Shown here: positions 1 to 8,854 of the stretch, piece by piece
Layout: each line of letters opens with the position of its first letter
Numbering within the stretch: position 1 is the stretch's first letter
NCBI GenBank assembly: GCA_945905275.1
Contig: CAMDPQ010000001.1
Span: forward strand, 30 to 64,029
Direction of reading: 5' to 3'
DNA: 64,000 nt
DNA from: Chlamydia trachomatis
Lineage (GTDB): Bacteria; Chlamydiota; Chlamydiia; Chlamydiales; Rhabdochlamydiaceae
The notes under the pieces: generated by a model
The model's input: the letters and a program-made list of their open reading frames with translations, nothing else
Databases searched by the model: none
What the model was told of the DNA's origin: nothing
Position numbers and translations under genes: made by a program

Positions 1-438
1 AGTCAGCAAAATTTCCTCTGCAAGAAGCCCTTTCTCCTTGGCAATCGTCTTTTTTTCCCCTAAATTTACAAGAAAAAGACCTACACAAAGGCATAAAAAT
101 CCATAGGTAATAAGATAAGGAAATGGACGTATGATCTTATGAATAGAAAGCTTAATCATCTTCACAGAACCTTCTATCTTAAACTGGAGGGAGTCTGCCT
201 CTTCTACAGGTATCTCTGAGGCTCTAAACCTAAGGTCGTCCGGATGCTGCTTATACTCTGCGTAAAAAGCAATAGCACGACTCCAATCGTCTTCGTCATA
301 CACCCATAATCGAAATCCTTTTTTTGCTTGAGAGGGGTCTTCAAAGAACTCATACTTGTGATTGATTTTTTGTGTCGTTAAAAAAAGAGAAAAAGACACG
401 ACCTCTTTTTCAGAATCCAATTCACCAATTAAGCGCAT
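1..438 (-). CDS. Rhomboid (GlpG)-like membrane protein, N-terminal part only (gene runs off the left edge)
   Basis: The ORF is open-ended, so it is absent from the ORF track. Hand translation of the minus strand from ATG 438-436 gives MRLIGELDSEKEVVSFSLFLTTQKINHKYEFFEDPSQAKKGFRLWVYDEDDWSRAIAFYAEYKQHPDDLRF..., then a hydrophobic helix (PFPYLITYGFLCLCVGLFLV). The soluble part resembles the cytoplasmic N-domain of GlpG-type rhomboids. The start overlaps the stop of the upstream gene by about 10 nt. Confidence 0.5.
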   Translation of the reverse strand, partial: MRLIGELDSEKEVVSFSLFLTTQKINHKYEFFEDPSQAKKGFRLWVYDEDDWSRAIAFYAEYKQHPDDLRFRASEIPVEEADSLQFKIEGSVKMIKLSIHKIIRPFPYLITYGFLCLCVGLFLVNLGEKKTIAKEKGLLAEEILLT

Positions 439-971
439 ACTTCTTTAATCTTCCGAATAATATTAGAGGTGGACAAGCCAGAAACCAAAGGAACAATGTG
501 TATTCTGCCCCCATACCGACGCACTACATCAGCTTCAACACAATCAGATCCGTATTCAGATCCGTTTACATGTACATCAGGGCGAATTCTTTCTAACCAA
601 GCAATCGGGTCTACTTCTTCGAACCAACTGACATAATCTACCATCTGTAGGGAAGCCATCATCTGCAACCGATATTCTAAAGGAATAATCGGACGCAGGG
701 GACTTTTATATCTCTTTATAGAATCATCCGTATTTAGACCCACGATTAATACATCAGCCTGCAAAGAAGCCTGATAAATCATTTCTAAATGCCCTGCATG
801 CAGCAGATCAAAAGAACCATTCAACGTCGCAATGCTGCGCCCTAACACTCTTAGGTTAGCCACCGCCCTCTCTAGGAGGTCTCCCGAGAGGATCTTGGCT
901 TGGATACATTCTACAAACGACTTACTTTGAGGGGAAAGCAACACGATAAACCTCATCGTAATGATCCACAA
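429..971 (-). CDS. Cytidylyltransferase-fold nucleotidyltransferase, RfaE/HldE domain II-like (heptose-1-phosphate adenylyltransferase family)
   Basis: Contains NGSFDLLHAGHLEMI (the HxGH nucleotidyltransferase motif), IVGLNTDDSIKRYKSPLRPI and C-terminal GLSTSNIIRKI. This matches the pattern of stand-alone RfaE domain II proteins. The true start may be the internal Met at 956. Confidence 0.7.
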   Translation of the reverse strand: MWIITMRFIVLLSPQSKSFVECIQAKILSGDLLERAVANLRVLGRSIATLNGSFDLLHAGHLEMIYQASLQADVLIVGLNTDDSIKRYKSPLRPIIPLEYRLQMMASLQMVDYVSWFEEVDPIAWLERIRPDVHVNGSEYGSDCVEADVVRRYGGRIHIVPLVSGLSTSNIIRKIKEVCA

Positions 972-3459
972 AATGAACCTTTATCCCAGCTTTAATGTGC
1001 TTAGGTAACTCATCATAATCTCTCTGATTATCTTTTGGGAAAATAAGAGTTTTTAATCCCGAACGTTTACCTGCTATAAACTTCTCCTTTACTCCTCCAA
1101 TAGGAAGGACTTTTCCTGTTAAAGTCAGCTCCCCAGTCATACCAAGATCTGCAGCGACAGGTATTTTTGTAAGCAAAGAAATCAAAGCAGTCACCATGGT
1201 AATTCCAGCAGAAGGACCATCTTTCGGGGTCGCCCCTTCAGGAATGTGTAGATGGACCTGACTTTTTTCAAAAAAAGGAATCCCTTTCGCATACACATCA
1301 ACCTTACTATGTAAATAAGTCCATGCAATTTGGGCTGACTCTTTCATGACATCACCCGCCTGCCCCGTCAGCTTCATATCCACTTTTTCTGCATCGACCC
1401 TAATCGTTTCGATATATAAGGTTACACCCCCCATGGACGTCCAAGCAAGCCCCATGCTGACACCAACCGGAGTCCTATCATAGAAGCGATCTGATGTAAA
1501 GATAGGCTTACCAAGATATTCATTTAAGTTCGCATCGGAAATCGCATATTTCCTAGGCGCACCCTTTTTCTTTGTTTTTTTCCCTTCCTGCTCTCTGACG
1601 ATTTTTAGAGCTACCTTCCGCAAGATTTTTTTGATGTAATTCTCTAAATTTCTAACACCTGCTTCACGAGCATACCCATTGATAATATCCTTAAGAGCTT
1701 GCTTAGAAAAAGACACCTCAGAGGCCTTTAACCCCATGCTTTTGCGATTTCTTGGGATCAGATAATTCTCTGCAATAGCTAGCTTTTCTTCTAAAATATA
1801 TCCTGAAAGACGCAGGATTTCCATACGATCCTTTAAGGGTTCAGGAATAGAATCCAGGACATTCGCAGTGACAATAAATAGCACATTCGACAGATCACAT
1901 CGAACATCCAGATAATGATCGAGAAAATCTTTATTCTGCTCCGAGTCAAGCACCTCGAGCAAAGCAGAGGCTGGATCTCCTTGATAACTACTACCGATCT
2001 TATCCACCTCATCAAGCATAATAACAGGGTTCATCGTCTGCGTAAATTTAAGAGCTTGTATGAGCTTGCCTGGCATTGCACCAATATACGTTCTTCGATG
2101 CCCCTTAATTTCCGCTTCGTCGCGCATCCCTCCTACAGAAAATCGATAAAATTGTCGATTTAAAGCGCGAGCAATACTTTTGCCAATACTTGTTTTACCA
2201 ACACCCGGAGGGCCTGTAAGACCAATAATATTGGCTTTAACACCACCTGCAAGCTTGCCAACACTAATAAACTCCAACACCCTTTCCTTGATATCTTTCA
2301 GCCCATAATGATCCTCATCTAGCACCTCTTGAGCGTGATCGAGCTCCAAAGCTTCTTCGCTTTTTACCCCCCAAGGAACAATGGTTAACCAGTCTAAATA
2401 ATTTCTGCAGACAGCATATTCAGCCGACTGCATCTCGAGCATACTCAGCTTTTCCAGCTCTTCATTAATGACAGTCATAACATCATTGGGTACATCTCTT
2501 TTTTTAAGACGCGCTTCAAATTTCTCAATATCTACTGTCTTATCTTCTTTTTCGAGTCCTAGCTCTTTTTTAATTGTTTTAAGCTGCTCTCTTAAAAAAA
2601 ACTCTCTCTGTGTTTTGGAAATAGTCGCTTCTATTTTCTGATTAATACTATTTTGCAAGCGGCTTAAGTCGAGTTCTTTCTTTAAAAGGATAAGGGCTTT
2701 ATCGATTCGACCCTGTAAATCAAAAGTCTCTAAAACCTCTTGCAGCTCTTCTCGACTGGCAGTAGTAAGCGCCACGGCAAAATCAGCAAGCTTACCCGGC
2801 TCAGTAAAATCAGAGTGGCCAAGAAAGATTTGCAACTCTTCTTTAAATAGAGGATTAAGCTTTAATAACTCTTTAATCGTAGTAATAATGCTAATAGAAT
2901 AAGCTTTTAACTCTTTAGAAAGCTTAGCAGAGCCATTTTCATGGTAAGAAACTTGGGCCTTTAAAAATTTCCCTGTCTTTGCCGGCTTCTTAATCGAAAT
3001 CCTTCGCTCCATATTTAACACAACCTGAGCGCCCCCTTGCTCCATAGGAATAATCCTAAGGATACGCGCTAAAACTCCCACATCATAAAGATCCTTATAC
3101 CCTGCTTTATAAATGCTTGCATCTTCTTGTTTTGTTAAAAACAATCCCATGCACTTATGCTCTGATTTCGCAACATTTTTAAGAACTTCATAATAATGAC
3201 CCGGCTCTATCACAAGAGGAGCTGCCATTCCTGGGAAAAAAGGACGTCGTGTTAATGGGATGATATACACTTGATCAGGAAGGTCTGCAATGCCCTTATC
3301 CTTATGAAGATCTTGGCGCACGGAGTCTTCCACTGTCTGAGCTAAAGCCTCTTCAGCTTGCTCTATAGATAAGTCATCTTCGGAAAAATCATCATAACTC
3401 ACAATACACCTGCCAACTGTTATAGGATTCTTTAAGTAAAAGTTATAAGACTCTATCAA
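922..3459 (-). CDS. lon: ATP-dependent Lon protease
   Basis: 845 aa with a Lon N-domain, Walker A GPPGVGKTS, and a C-terminal protease domain carrying PKDGPSAGITMVTAL (catalytic Ser). Confidence 0.97.
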   Translation of the reverse strand: MIESYNFYLKNPITVGRCIVSYDDFSEDDLSIEQAEEALAQTVEDSVRQDLHKDKGIADLPDQVYIIPLTRRPFFPGMAAPLVIEPGHYYEVLKNVAKSEHKCMGLFLTKQEDASIYKAGYKDLYDVGVLARILRIIPMEQGGAQVVLNMERRISIKKPAKTGKFLKAQVSYHENGSAKLSKELKAYSISIITTIKELLKLNPLFKEELQIFLGHSDFTEPGKLADFAVALTTASREELQEVLETFDLQGRIDKALILLKKELDLSRLQNSINQKIEATISKTQREFFLREQLKTIKKELGLEKEDKTVDIEKFEARLKKRDVPNDVMTVINEELEKLSMLEMQSAEYAVCRNYLDWLTIVPWGVKSEEALELDHAQEVLDEDHYGLKDIKERVLEFISVGKLAGGVKANIIGLTGPPGVGKTSIGKSIARALNRQFYRFSVGGMRDEAEIKGHRRTYIGAMPGKLIQALKFTQTMNPVIMLDEVDKIGSSYQGDPASALLEVLDSEQNKDFLDHYLDVRCDLSNVLFIVTANVLDSIPEPLKDRMEILRLSGYILEEKLAIAENYLIPRNRKSMGLKASEVSFSKQALKDIINGYAREAGVRNLENYIKKILRKVALKIVREQEGKKTKKKGAPRKYAISDANLNEYLGKPIFTSDRFYDRTPVGVSMGLAWTSMGGVTLYIETIRVDAEKVDMKLTGQAGDVMKESAQIAWTYLHSKVDVYAKGIPFFEKSQVHLHIPEGATPKDGPSAGITMVTALISLLTKIPVAADLGMTGELTLTGKVLPIGGVKEKFIAGKRSGLKTLIFPKDNQRDYDELPKHIKAGIKVHFVDHYDEVYRVAFPSK

Positions 3460-3570
3460 GTCTGGTAAAATACCTCAACTACCTGAAAAAAATCTAAAAA
3501 GATTCTCCCTTCTCGTTTTGCCTACGTGTATGCTATACTGTACTGACCTGAATTCAGAAAGACAGTACGC

Positions 3571-4251
3571 ATGATAAAACTTATTTTAGACACAAGCCAC
3601 AGCTATATAGCAATAGGCCTATCCCATAATGAACATCTTACGGACTGCGTAGCCTACCCACATAATAACAAGCTTTCCGGACTACTCACTCTTTCTATAC
3701 AAAGCCTTTTAAAAAAGCACGCTCTTTCTCCGGATCAGATCAGTGCCATCTGTGTAGGGATAGGTCCAGGCTCCTATACAGGCACCCGAACCGCTGTCTC
3801 TGTTGCAAAAGGGTTATCCCTTGGCCTAAGAATCCCCCTAATCCCATTCTGCTCCGCTCTTGCTTACATTCCTCAGGCAACCGAGGGCGACCTAATGTTT
3901 ATCATGCCAACCAAGCAAAATAATCCGTTTTTGATTTCACTGAAAGCCTGCAAAGAAACTTATCACCAAATCACCTGTCATACCCCGGCAACTTCTGACA
4001 TACCTCTTTCTGAGCTGGCAGATAAGCTGATACTCACCCACAATATAGAAACCCTAATCAAAGCGCATCCGATGTTCAGCCAATACAGGATTACACCCTC
4101 CTCGATTTCCTTAGAAAAACTATGCTCCCATCTACACAATCTATATATGGAACAAAACTTCACCCCCCACACCCACCTTGAAACAATCGAACTCCTTTAT
4201 TTAAACCCCATGTCGGTCCCTCTTATTGCCGTAGAATCCCTGAGAAGTTAA
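3571..4251 (+). CDS. tsaB: tRNA threonylcarbamoyladenosine biosynthesis protein TsaB (YeaZ)
   Basis: N-terminal ILDTS...IAIGL and GIGPGSYTGTRTAVSVAKGL are typical of TsaB/YeaZ. The gene is divergent from lon. Confidence 0.8.
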   Translation: MIKLILDTSHSYIAIGLSHNEHLTDCVAYPHNNKLSGLLTLSIQSLLKKHALSPDQISAICVGIGPGSYTGTRTAVSVAKGLSLGLRIPLIPFCSALAYIPQATEGDLMFIMPTKQNNPFLISLKACKETYHQITCHTPATSDIPLSELADKLILTHNIETLIKAHPMFSQYRITPSSISLEKLCSHLHNLYMEQNFTPHTHLETIELLYLNPMSVPLIAVESLRS

Positions 4252-4363
4252 CCTATTAGAAGGATGTTACTTGATGAATATCCAATTCTTTTGATAAGAT
4301 GAGGCTACATTTGTTTTTTATAGAATTTTTTATTCACTTTTTAACTATTTAGGAATGATTTTC

Positions 4364-4558
4364 ATGCCCAGCGTTAAAGTCCGTGCCGGTGAACCGATCG
4401 ATAAAGCTCTTAGAGCTCTCAAGAAAAAACTTGATAAAGAAGGTATCATGAAAGCTGCAAAAGCGCACCGCTTTTATGACAAACCATCCGTTAAGAGCAG
4501 AGCAAAATCTAAAGCCGCACTCAAATACAAAAAGATCAAAAGTTCTCGCTTAGTCTAA
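4364..4558 (+). CDS. rpsU: 30S ribosomal protein S21
   Basis: [28 protein letters not shown]...HRFYDKPS is the bS21 signature. I chose ATG 4364 over 4355 because AGGAA lies about 8 nt upstream of 4364. Confidence 0.93.
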   Translation: MPSVKVRAGEPIDKALRALKKKLDKEGIMKAAKAHRFYDKPSVKSRAKSKAALKYKKIKSSRLV

Positions 4559-4588
4559 TACAGCTTAACTTCTGCCATATTTTACAGT

Positions 4589-4615
4589 TTAGCAATTTGC
4601 GCAAGCAATTGCTAA
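4589..4615. promoter_or_regulatory. CIRCE-like inverted repeat (candidate HrcA operator) upstream of dnaJ
   Basis: TTAGCAATT-N9-AATTGCTAA is a perfect 9-bp inverted repeat with a 9-nt spacer. CIRCE is TTAGCACTC-N9-GAGTGCTAA. The outer TTAGCA/TGCTAA and the spacing match, but the inner 3 nt differ. It lies 66 nt upstream of the dnaJ ATG and could instead be an rpsU terminator stem. Confidence 0.45.
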
Positions 4616-4680
4616 ATTTCGTAGAAAAAAAACCCTCTTTTTGCTAGAATAATTTCTTCATCTATTACAGGTAACAAAGT

Positions 4681-5853
4681 ATGAGCGACTATTACAATGT
4701 ACTTGGCGTAACAAAAAACGCCTCCGCAGAAGAAATTAAAAAAGCGTATCGCAAAAATGCCCTTAAATACCATCCAGATAAAAATCCTGGCAACCCTGAC
4801 GCAGAAAAGCAATTTAAATCGATTTCTGAAGCCTATGAAGTCTTAAGCGATGACCAGAAAAAGCAAGTCTATGACCAATATGGCGCTGATGCTTTAAAAG
4901 GAGGAGCTAGCATGGGAGGGGGGCATCCAGGGGGATTCTCATCCATGGAAGAAGCTCTACGCACATTCATGGGCGCATTCGGTGGTGGTGGTGGCGGCGG
5001 CGGCGGTGGTAACGAGACTATTTTCGACTCGTTTTTTGGTTTTGACAGCGGGAGCGCTAGCTCTGGAGAAAGGCAAGGAGCCAGCAAAAGAATGAACCTC
5101 AATCTTTCTTTTGAAGAAGCCATGGCTGGAGTGGAGAAAGAAGCTTCATTAACGAACTATGTTACGTGCGAACCCTGCAATGGATCAGGAGCTGCTTCAA
5201 AAGCAGGAGTTAAGCGATGCCCTCGCTGCCAAGGACAAGGACAAATCCATCAGACTCGCGGCTTTTTTAGTATGGCTACGACTTGCAACCAATGCGCGGG
5301 CAAAGGAAAAGTAATCTCTGAGCCCTGTAAAGATTGTAATGGTCAAGCTCGGATGAAAAAGAAAAAAAATGTCTCGATTAAAGTCCCGGCAGGGGTTGAC
5401 TCAGGAATGAGACTCCGACTATCCGGACACGGTGACGCAGGAGAAGACGGAGGCCCACCCGGAGATCTCTATGTGTATATTACCGTTGAAACACACAAGC
5501 TCTTTCAAAGAGATGGCGATGATTTAATCCTCGAGCTTCCTATTAGCTTCTGTGAAGCGGCTCTTGGATCTAAAAAAGAAATCCCTACCGCTTTAGGTGG
5601 CACCTGCAGATTGAATATTCCTGAAGGGACACAAGCAGGAAAGATACTCCGCGTAAAAAACGAAGGCTGCCCTAATGTCCATGCTCAAGGAAGAGGCGAC
5701 CTACTGATTAAAGTAGTCACAGAGACTCCAGTGGATCTGAGTGAACGACAAAAGGAGATTCTCCGAGAATTTGCCGCAATGGAAATGGGATCTAATTCCC
5801 CACGAAAACAAACCTTTGTCGACAAGCTCAAGGTTTTTTTTTCCAAAACCTGA
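4681..5853 (+). CDS. dnaJ: Molecular chaperone DnaJ
   Basis: J domain with HPDKN, a G/F-rich linker, four CxxCxGxG-type repeats ([32 protein letters not shown]) and a C-terminal substrate-binding domain. Confidence 0.97.
   Translation: MSDYYNVLGVTKNASAEEIKKAYRKNALKYHPDKNPGNPDAEKQFKSISEAYEVLSDDQKKQVYDQYGADALKGGASMGGGHPGGFSSMEEALRTFMGAFGGGGGGGGGGNETIFDSFFGFDSGSASSGERQGASKRMNLNLSFEEAMAGVEKEASLTNYVTCEPCNGSGAASKAGVKRCPRCQGQGQIHQTRGFFSMATTCNQCAGKGKVISEPCKDCNGQARMKKKKNVSIKVPAGVDSGMRLRLSGHGDAGEDGGPPGDLYVYITVETHKLFQRDGDDLILELPISFCEAALGSKKEIPTALGGTCRLNIPEGTQAGKILRVKNEGCPNVHAQGRGDLLIKVVTETPVDLSERQKEILREFAAMEMGSNSPRKQTFVDKLKVFFSKT
4981..5010 (+). repeat. (GGT/GGC)10 trinucleotide tract encoding the poly-Gly run in the DnaJ G/F linker
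   Basis: Read directly: ggtggtggtggtggcggcggcggcggtggt. Confidence 0.9.
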
Positions 5854-5925
5854 CAGTCTTGAAAAACAGGGAACCATAACGGGAGCTAACACCGGTTAAG
5901 CTCCTGTTATCTACTCAAAGGTATC

Positions 5926-6381
5926 ATGCAACTCAATACACCTCTTATACACGACCAAACGACAGGCCAGACACCCTCTAGCTCTTATTACTCCAATGCT
6001 TCCATGCTTTATGAAGCCACAATCAATACAATCATCAGCACCCTTACAGGACGCATTTTCTCTCTGATGCCAAGCAAAAGCGCTGCATTGTTTGGGCTAA
6101 CAAGCACTATTATCTCCCTTATTATACACGGAACTGACGAAATCAATGAGCCACCCCAAAACACAAGCAGCATCCTAAAAGTCATTCTCTTGGCCGCCGA
6201 CTTCTTTCTATCTACGGCGGGAGGATATTTAAGCCTGCATGCCATTGGATGCAGCATCACGCTTCCTGCGGCTATTCTATTAACCGGATCCATCATACTA
6301 GCAAAGTATACGATCGCTATTTCAGGCAACTTATGCTGCTTTGCAGCCTATCTAACAACTATATCCGCTGACAACCCATAG
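5926..6381 (+). CDS. Small hydrophobic protein of unknown function (several predicted TM helices; possible Inc-type membrane protein)
   Basis: 151 aa with a polar N-terminus followed by hydrophobic stretches (AALFGLTSTIISLIIHG; ILKVILLAADFFLSTAGGYLSL; LPAAILLTGSIILAKY). I recognise no family. The antisense ORF 6009..6329 looks less protein-like. Confidence 0.45.
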   Translation: MQLNTPLIHDQTTGQTPSSSYYSNASMLYEATINTIISTLTGRIFSLMPSKSAALFGLTSTIISLIIHGTDEINEPPQNTSSILKVILLAADFFLSTAGGYLSLHAIGCSITLPAAILLTGSIILAKYTIAISGNLCCFAAYLTTISADNP

Positions 6382-6961
6382 TGAATGCAAAAATCAGACC
6401 TATACATGTGAGTATAGAAAACACATAACCCACTACTACAACTAGCCCATCATCATTTAATAATCCCAAACTAATCCCTAATAAAGCCAAAGAAGCAGAT
6501 AGAGTAGCGATAGGCATTGGGCAAGGGATGAACAGGACAAGGCCTAAACAAACCACCAAAATCGAATTCATTTTCCGAAATATCCTACGATAGCAACAAT
6601 ACTCCATACGCGGATGAACAACTGTTTTAATAACTTTAATCATCCCCATCCCCACCTTAGCAACTCTTCCTACCCCTCGAACAGAGAGTTCTTTATCCAT
6701 AAGACTCCTTGGCAACCAAACCCCCTTACCAAGATACATTCTTACACCGATAAACATGATAAGTGCTCCGAAAGGAATAGATAGAAAAGGAATATGCATC
6801 GGCAAGCAGAACGGGGCGGCTATACAGATGATCGCTACATCCAATTCCTTACCCCCAAGAATCTTGAAAACCCTGTGAACATTGATCGACCCTTTTTGCG
6901 ATTTTGATCTAAAAATCGCAAGGGTATCTTCTAAATTTCTATAGCGTGGTATTTTTTTCAA
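6359..6961 (-). CDS. ExoD-like (exopolysaccharide synthesis ExoD family) membrane protein
   Basis: 200 aa. The layout matches ExoD: an N-terminal segment with ILGGKELDVAIICIAAPFCLP...IPFGALIMFIGVRMYLGKGVWLPRSL, then two C-terminal TM segments. Confidence 0.55.
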   Translation of the reverse strand: MKKIPRYRNLEDTLAIFRSKSQKGSINVHRVFKILGGKELDVAIICIAAPFCLPMHIPFLSIPFGALIMFIGVRMYLGKGVWLPRSLMDKELSVRGVGRVAKVGMGMIKVIKTVVHPRMEYCCYRRIFRKMNSILVVCLGLVLFIPCPMPIATLSASLALLGISLGLLNDDGLVVVVGYVFSILTCIGLIFAFTMGCQRI

Positions 6962-7093
6962 GCAAGGGACCTTTGTTAGATTGTCTATCCATAAAATATA
7001 CTAGAAATAAGCTCTATTGATCACGACATTTCTTATCCTGCATAAAATACATAGACACACCATATACTGGCTAACAGAAATTAAATTATAAAA

Positions 7094-7123
7094 TTGACAA
7101 AACAGAACCCTTCCTTCTAGCAT
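7094..7123 (+). promoter_or_regulatory. Candidate sigma-70-type promoter for the G1 peptidase gene
   Basis: TTGACA (7094-7099), an 18-nt spacer, then TAGCAT (7118-7123). A strong AAGGAG RBS lies just upstream of ATG 7193. Confidence 0.4.
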
Positions 7124-7192
7124 GAACAGCTTCAACCATACATTCCATCTGAGTGTAATGTCCCTGAATGTAACAGATAACAAGGAGTATTC

Positions 7193-7984
7193 ATGAAAAA
7201 GCTATTGCTACCCCTAATCCTATGCTTGCTTGCAACATCCTCTTGGTCCCAAGCAGATGTAAGAAAAATTAAAACGATCCCTTGTTCGATCGAACCGATA
7301 GAAAGAGCAAAAATCCATCCACTTGACAGTTATTCTGCAGCACCATCGATCAGCTCTAACTGGAGTGGATATGCAACGACATCGACCAATAAAACAGTTA
7401 CTCAAGCTTCAGGGAACTGGATAGTCCCCACATTGAAAGCCACGCCGAATTCAAGCTATTGCGCGATTTGGGTTGGCATCGATGGGTATAGCAGTCGCAC
7501 GGTAGAACAGATTGGGACATCCCATAATTGGATTAACGGAAAGGTGCAACACTATGCCTGGTTTGAAATGTTTCCAGATGGTGCCTACCAAATTGTAGGA
7601 TTTCCTTTAACAAGCGGGGATACCATATCAGCAAAAGTGACCTATATCGGAAGCAACACCTTCCAACTCAACATTGTGAACCTGACTCAAAAGGTCTCAG
7701 CGGTGATCCCAAGAAGGTATACCCGATCCGCTACTGCTTTAAGAAACTCCGCGGAATGGATCGTGGAAGCTCCGTTTTATAAGAAGGTGCTTCCTCTAGC
7801 TGATTTTCAATCGGCCTTTCTAACTAATTGCTCGGCCATTATTCGAGGACGTAAAGGAAGCATCACCGCTTTTGGATCGGCTAGCCATGAAATTATTATG
7901 CAAGCTGGGGATCAGGAGAAAGCTTCACCCCTACATCTCTCCTCAAACGGATCAAGCTTTGAAGTCGCTTGGCTATCCGAGTAA
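7193..7984 (+). CDS. Secreted glutamic peptidase, family G1 (eqolisin / former peptidase A4)
   Basis: Signal peptide MKKLLLPLILCLLATSSWSQA. The G1 motifs appear in order: SNWSGYA, AIWVGIDG, EQIGT (position of the catalytic Gln), YAWFEMFP, SGDTISAKV, NLTQKVS, NSAEWIVEAP (position of the catalytic Glu) and LPLADF. Confidence 0.75.
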   Translation: MKKLLLPLILCLLATSSWSQADVRKIKTIPCSIEPIERAKIHPLDSYSAAPSISSNWSGYATTSTNKTVTQASGNWIVPTLKATPNSSYCAIWVGIDGYSSRTVEQIGTSHNWINGKVQHYAWFEMFPDGAYQIVGFPLTSGDTISAKVTYIGSNTFQLNIVNLTQKVSAVIPRRYTRSATALRNSAEWIVEAPFYKKVLPLADFQSAFLTNCSAIIRGRKGSITAFGSASHEIIMQAGDQEKASPLHLSSNGSSFEVAWLSE

Positions 7985-8077
7985 ATAACCGCTGTAATCT
8001 ACATGAACCAGGAATCCCGTGTTTTTAAGGAGGGGAGTCAGTCAAAACCCCGACTCATCAAAGCAGGATGATCGAAT

Positions 8078-8551
8078 CTATCTTTTGGATTTCGCACTGT
8101 TTTGCAATTCAGCCCCTCTTTGCTGGAGCATCTCTTTCAACTGCATACTTCCCTTCTTTATGCCGTTAGGAGTGACAGAGGGGGCGCCTCCATTAGCCTT
8201 GCCTACATTAATGATCAAGTTCTTTAAGGAAATTGTCACATCACTTCCTAATAGAGAATTCTCTTCTGAATACAAGAGCTTTTGCTGGGCCTCCGTAGTA
8301 AAAGGACATCTTGATTCTCCAATACCCGGAGCTGCATTGTAATCCAACTCATGGGAACAATGTTCCATTTTCTCAAGACAGCTTTTCAGCATCTTCTTTT
8401 TATGCTCTTTGACTGCCGATCGCCTAGTCCAAAGATCCCACACCCAATTTCCTACCAGAGTAGCGCTTACAAAAAGAGTAAAATCATAGATCATAGTACC
8501 CTCAACTAAAAATATCCCGAAAAAGCGAAAAACAATAAATGGTAGCGCCAT
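8078..8551 (-). CDS. Hypothetical membrane-anchored protein
   Basis: 157 aa with an N-terminal hydrophobic segment (FTLFVSATLVGNWVWDLW) and a polar tail. It competes with the overlapping + strand ORF 8019..8342. I prefer it because it has the same orientation as the following gene and a more protein-like composition. Confidence 0.35.
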   Translation of the reverse strand: MALPFIVFRFFGIFLVEGTMIYDFTLFVSATLVGNWVWDLWTRRSAVKEHKKKMLKSCLEKMEHCSHELDYNAAPGIGESRCPFTTEAQQKLLYSEENSLLGSDVTISLKNLIINVGKANGGAPSVTPNGIKKGSMQLKEMLQQRGAELQNSAKSKR

Positions 8552-8854
8552 CGACTTTATTGTACCAGTGTTTAAAAGAGGTTATCAATAAATCTTACAA
8601 GACCCCTATCTTCGAGAAAAAACCTCCGACTAGACACCACATAGAACAGATACTGCCACGAATGTATCTTGACGACTATATTCGAGACATCTGCGGATCG
8701 TATCCGGAATCTGCTAGTCCCTTGCGACAGAAGAAAAAATGGGAAAAATACCTATTTATCGTTATTCTAATAAGGGGAGAAATAACAATCCTCCCTTTAC
8801 AGAATAAAGAGAACAACTACGGCCTAGATCAGCGACAGCTTGTAAAAAACCTTA

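Noticed and set aside
4869-5123. 84-aa minus-strand ORF with a poly-proline run
   Set aside because: It is the antisense reading of the (GGT/GGC)n Gly-rich linker of dnaJ and is an artefact.
8019-8342. 107-aa + strand ORF downstream of the peptidase gene
   Set aside because: It overlaps the minus-strand 157-aa ORF and has no start context or recognisable features. I kept the minus-strand ORF, at low confidence, and neither ORF is certain.
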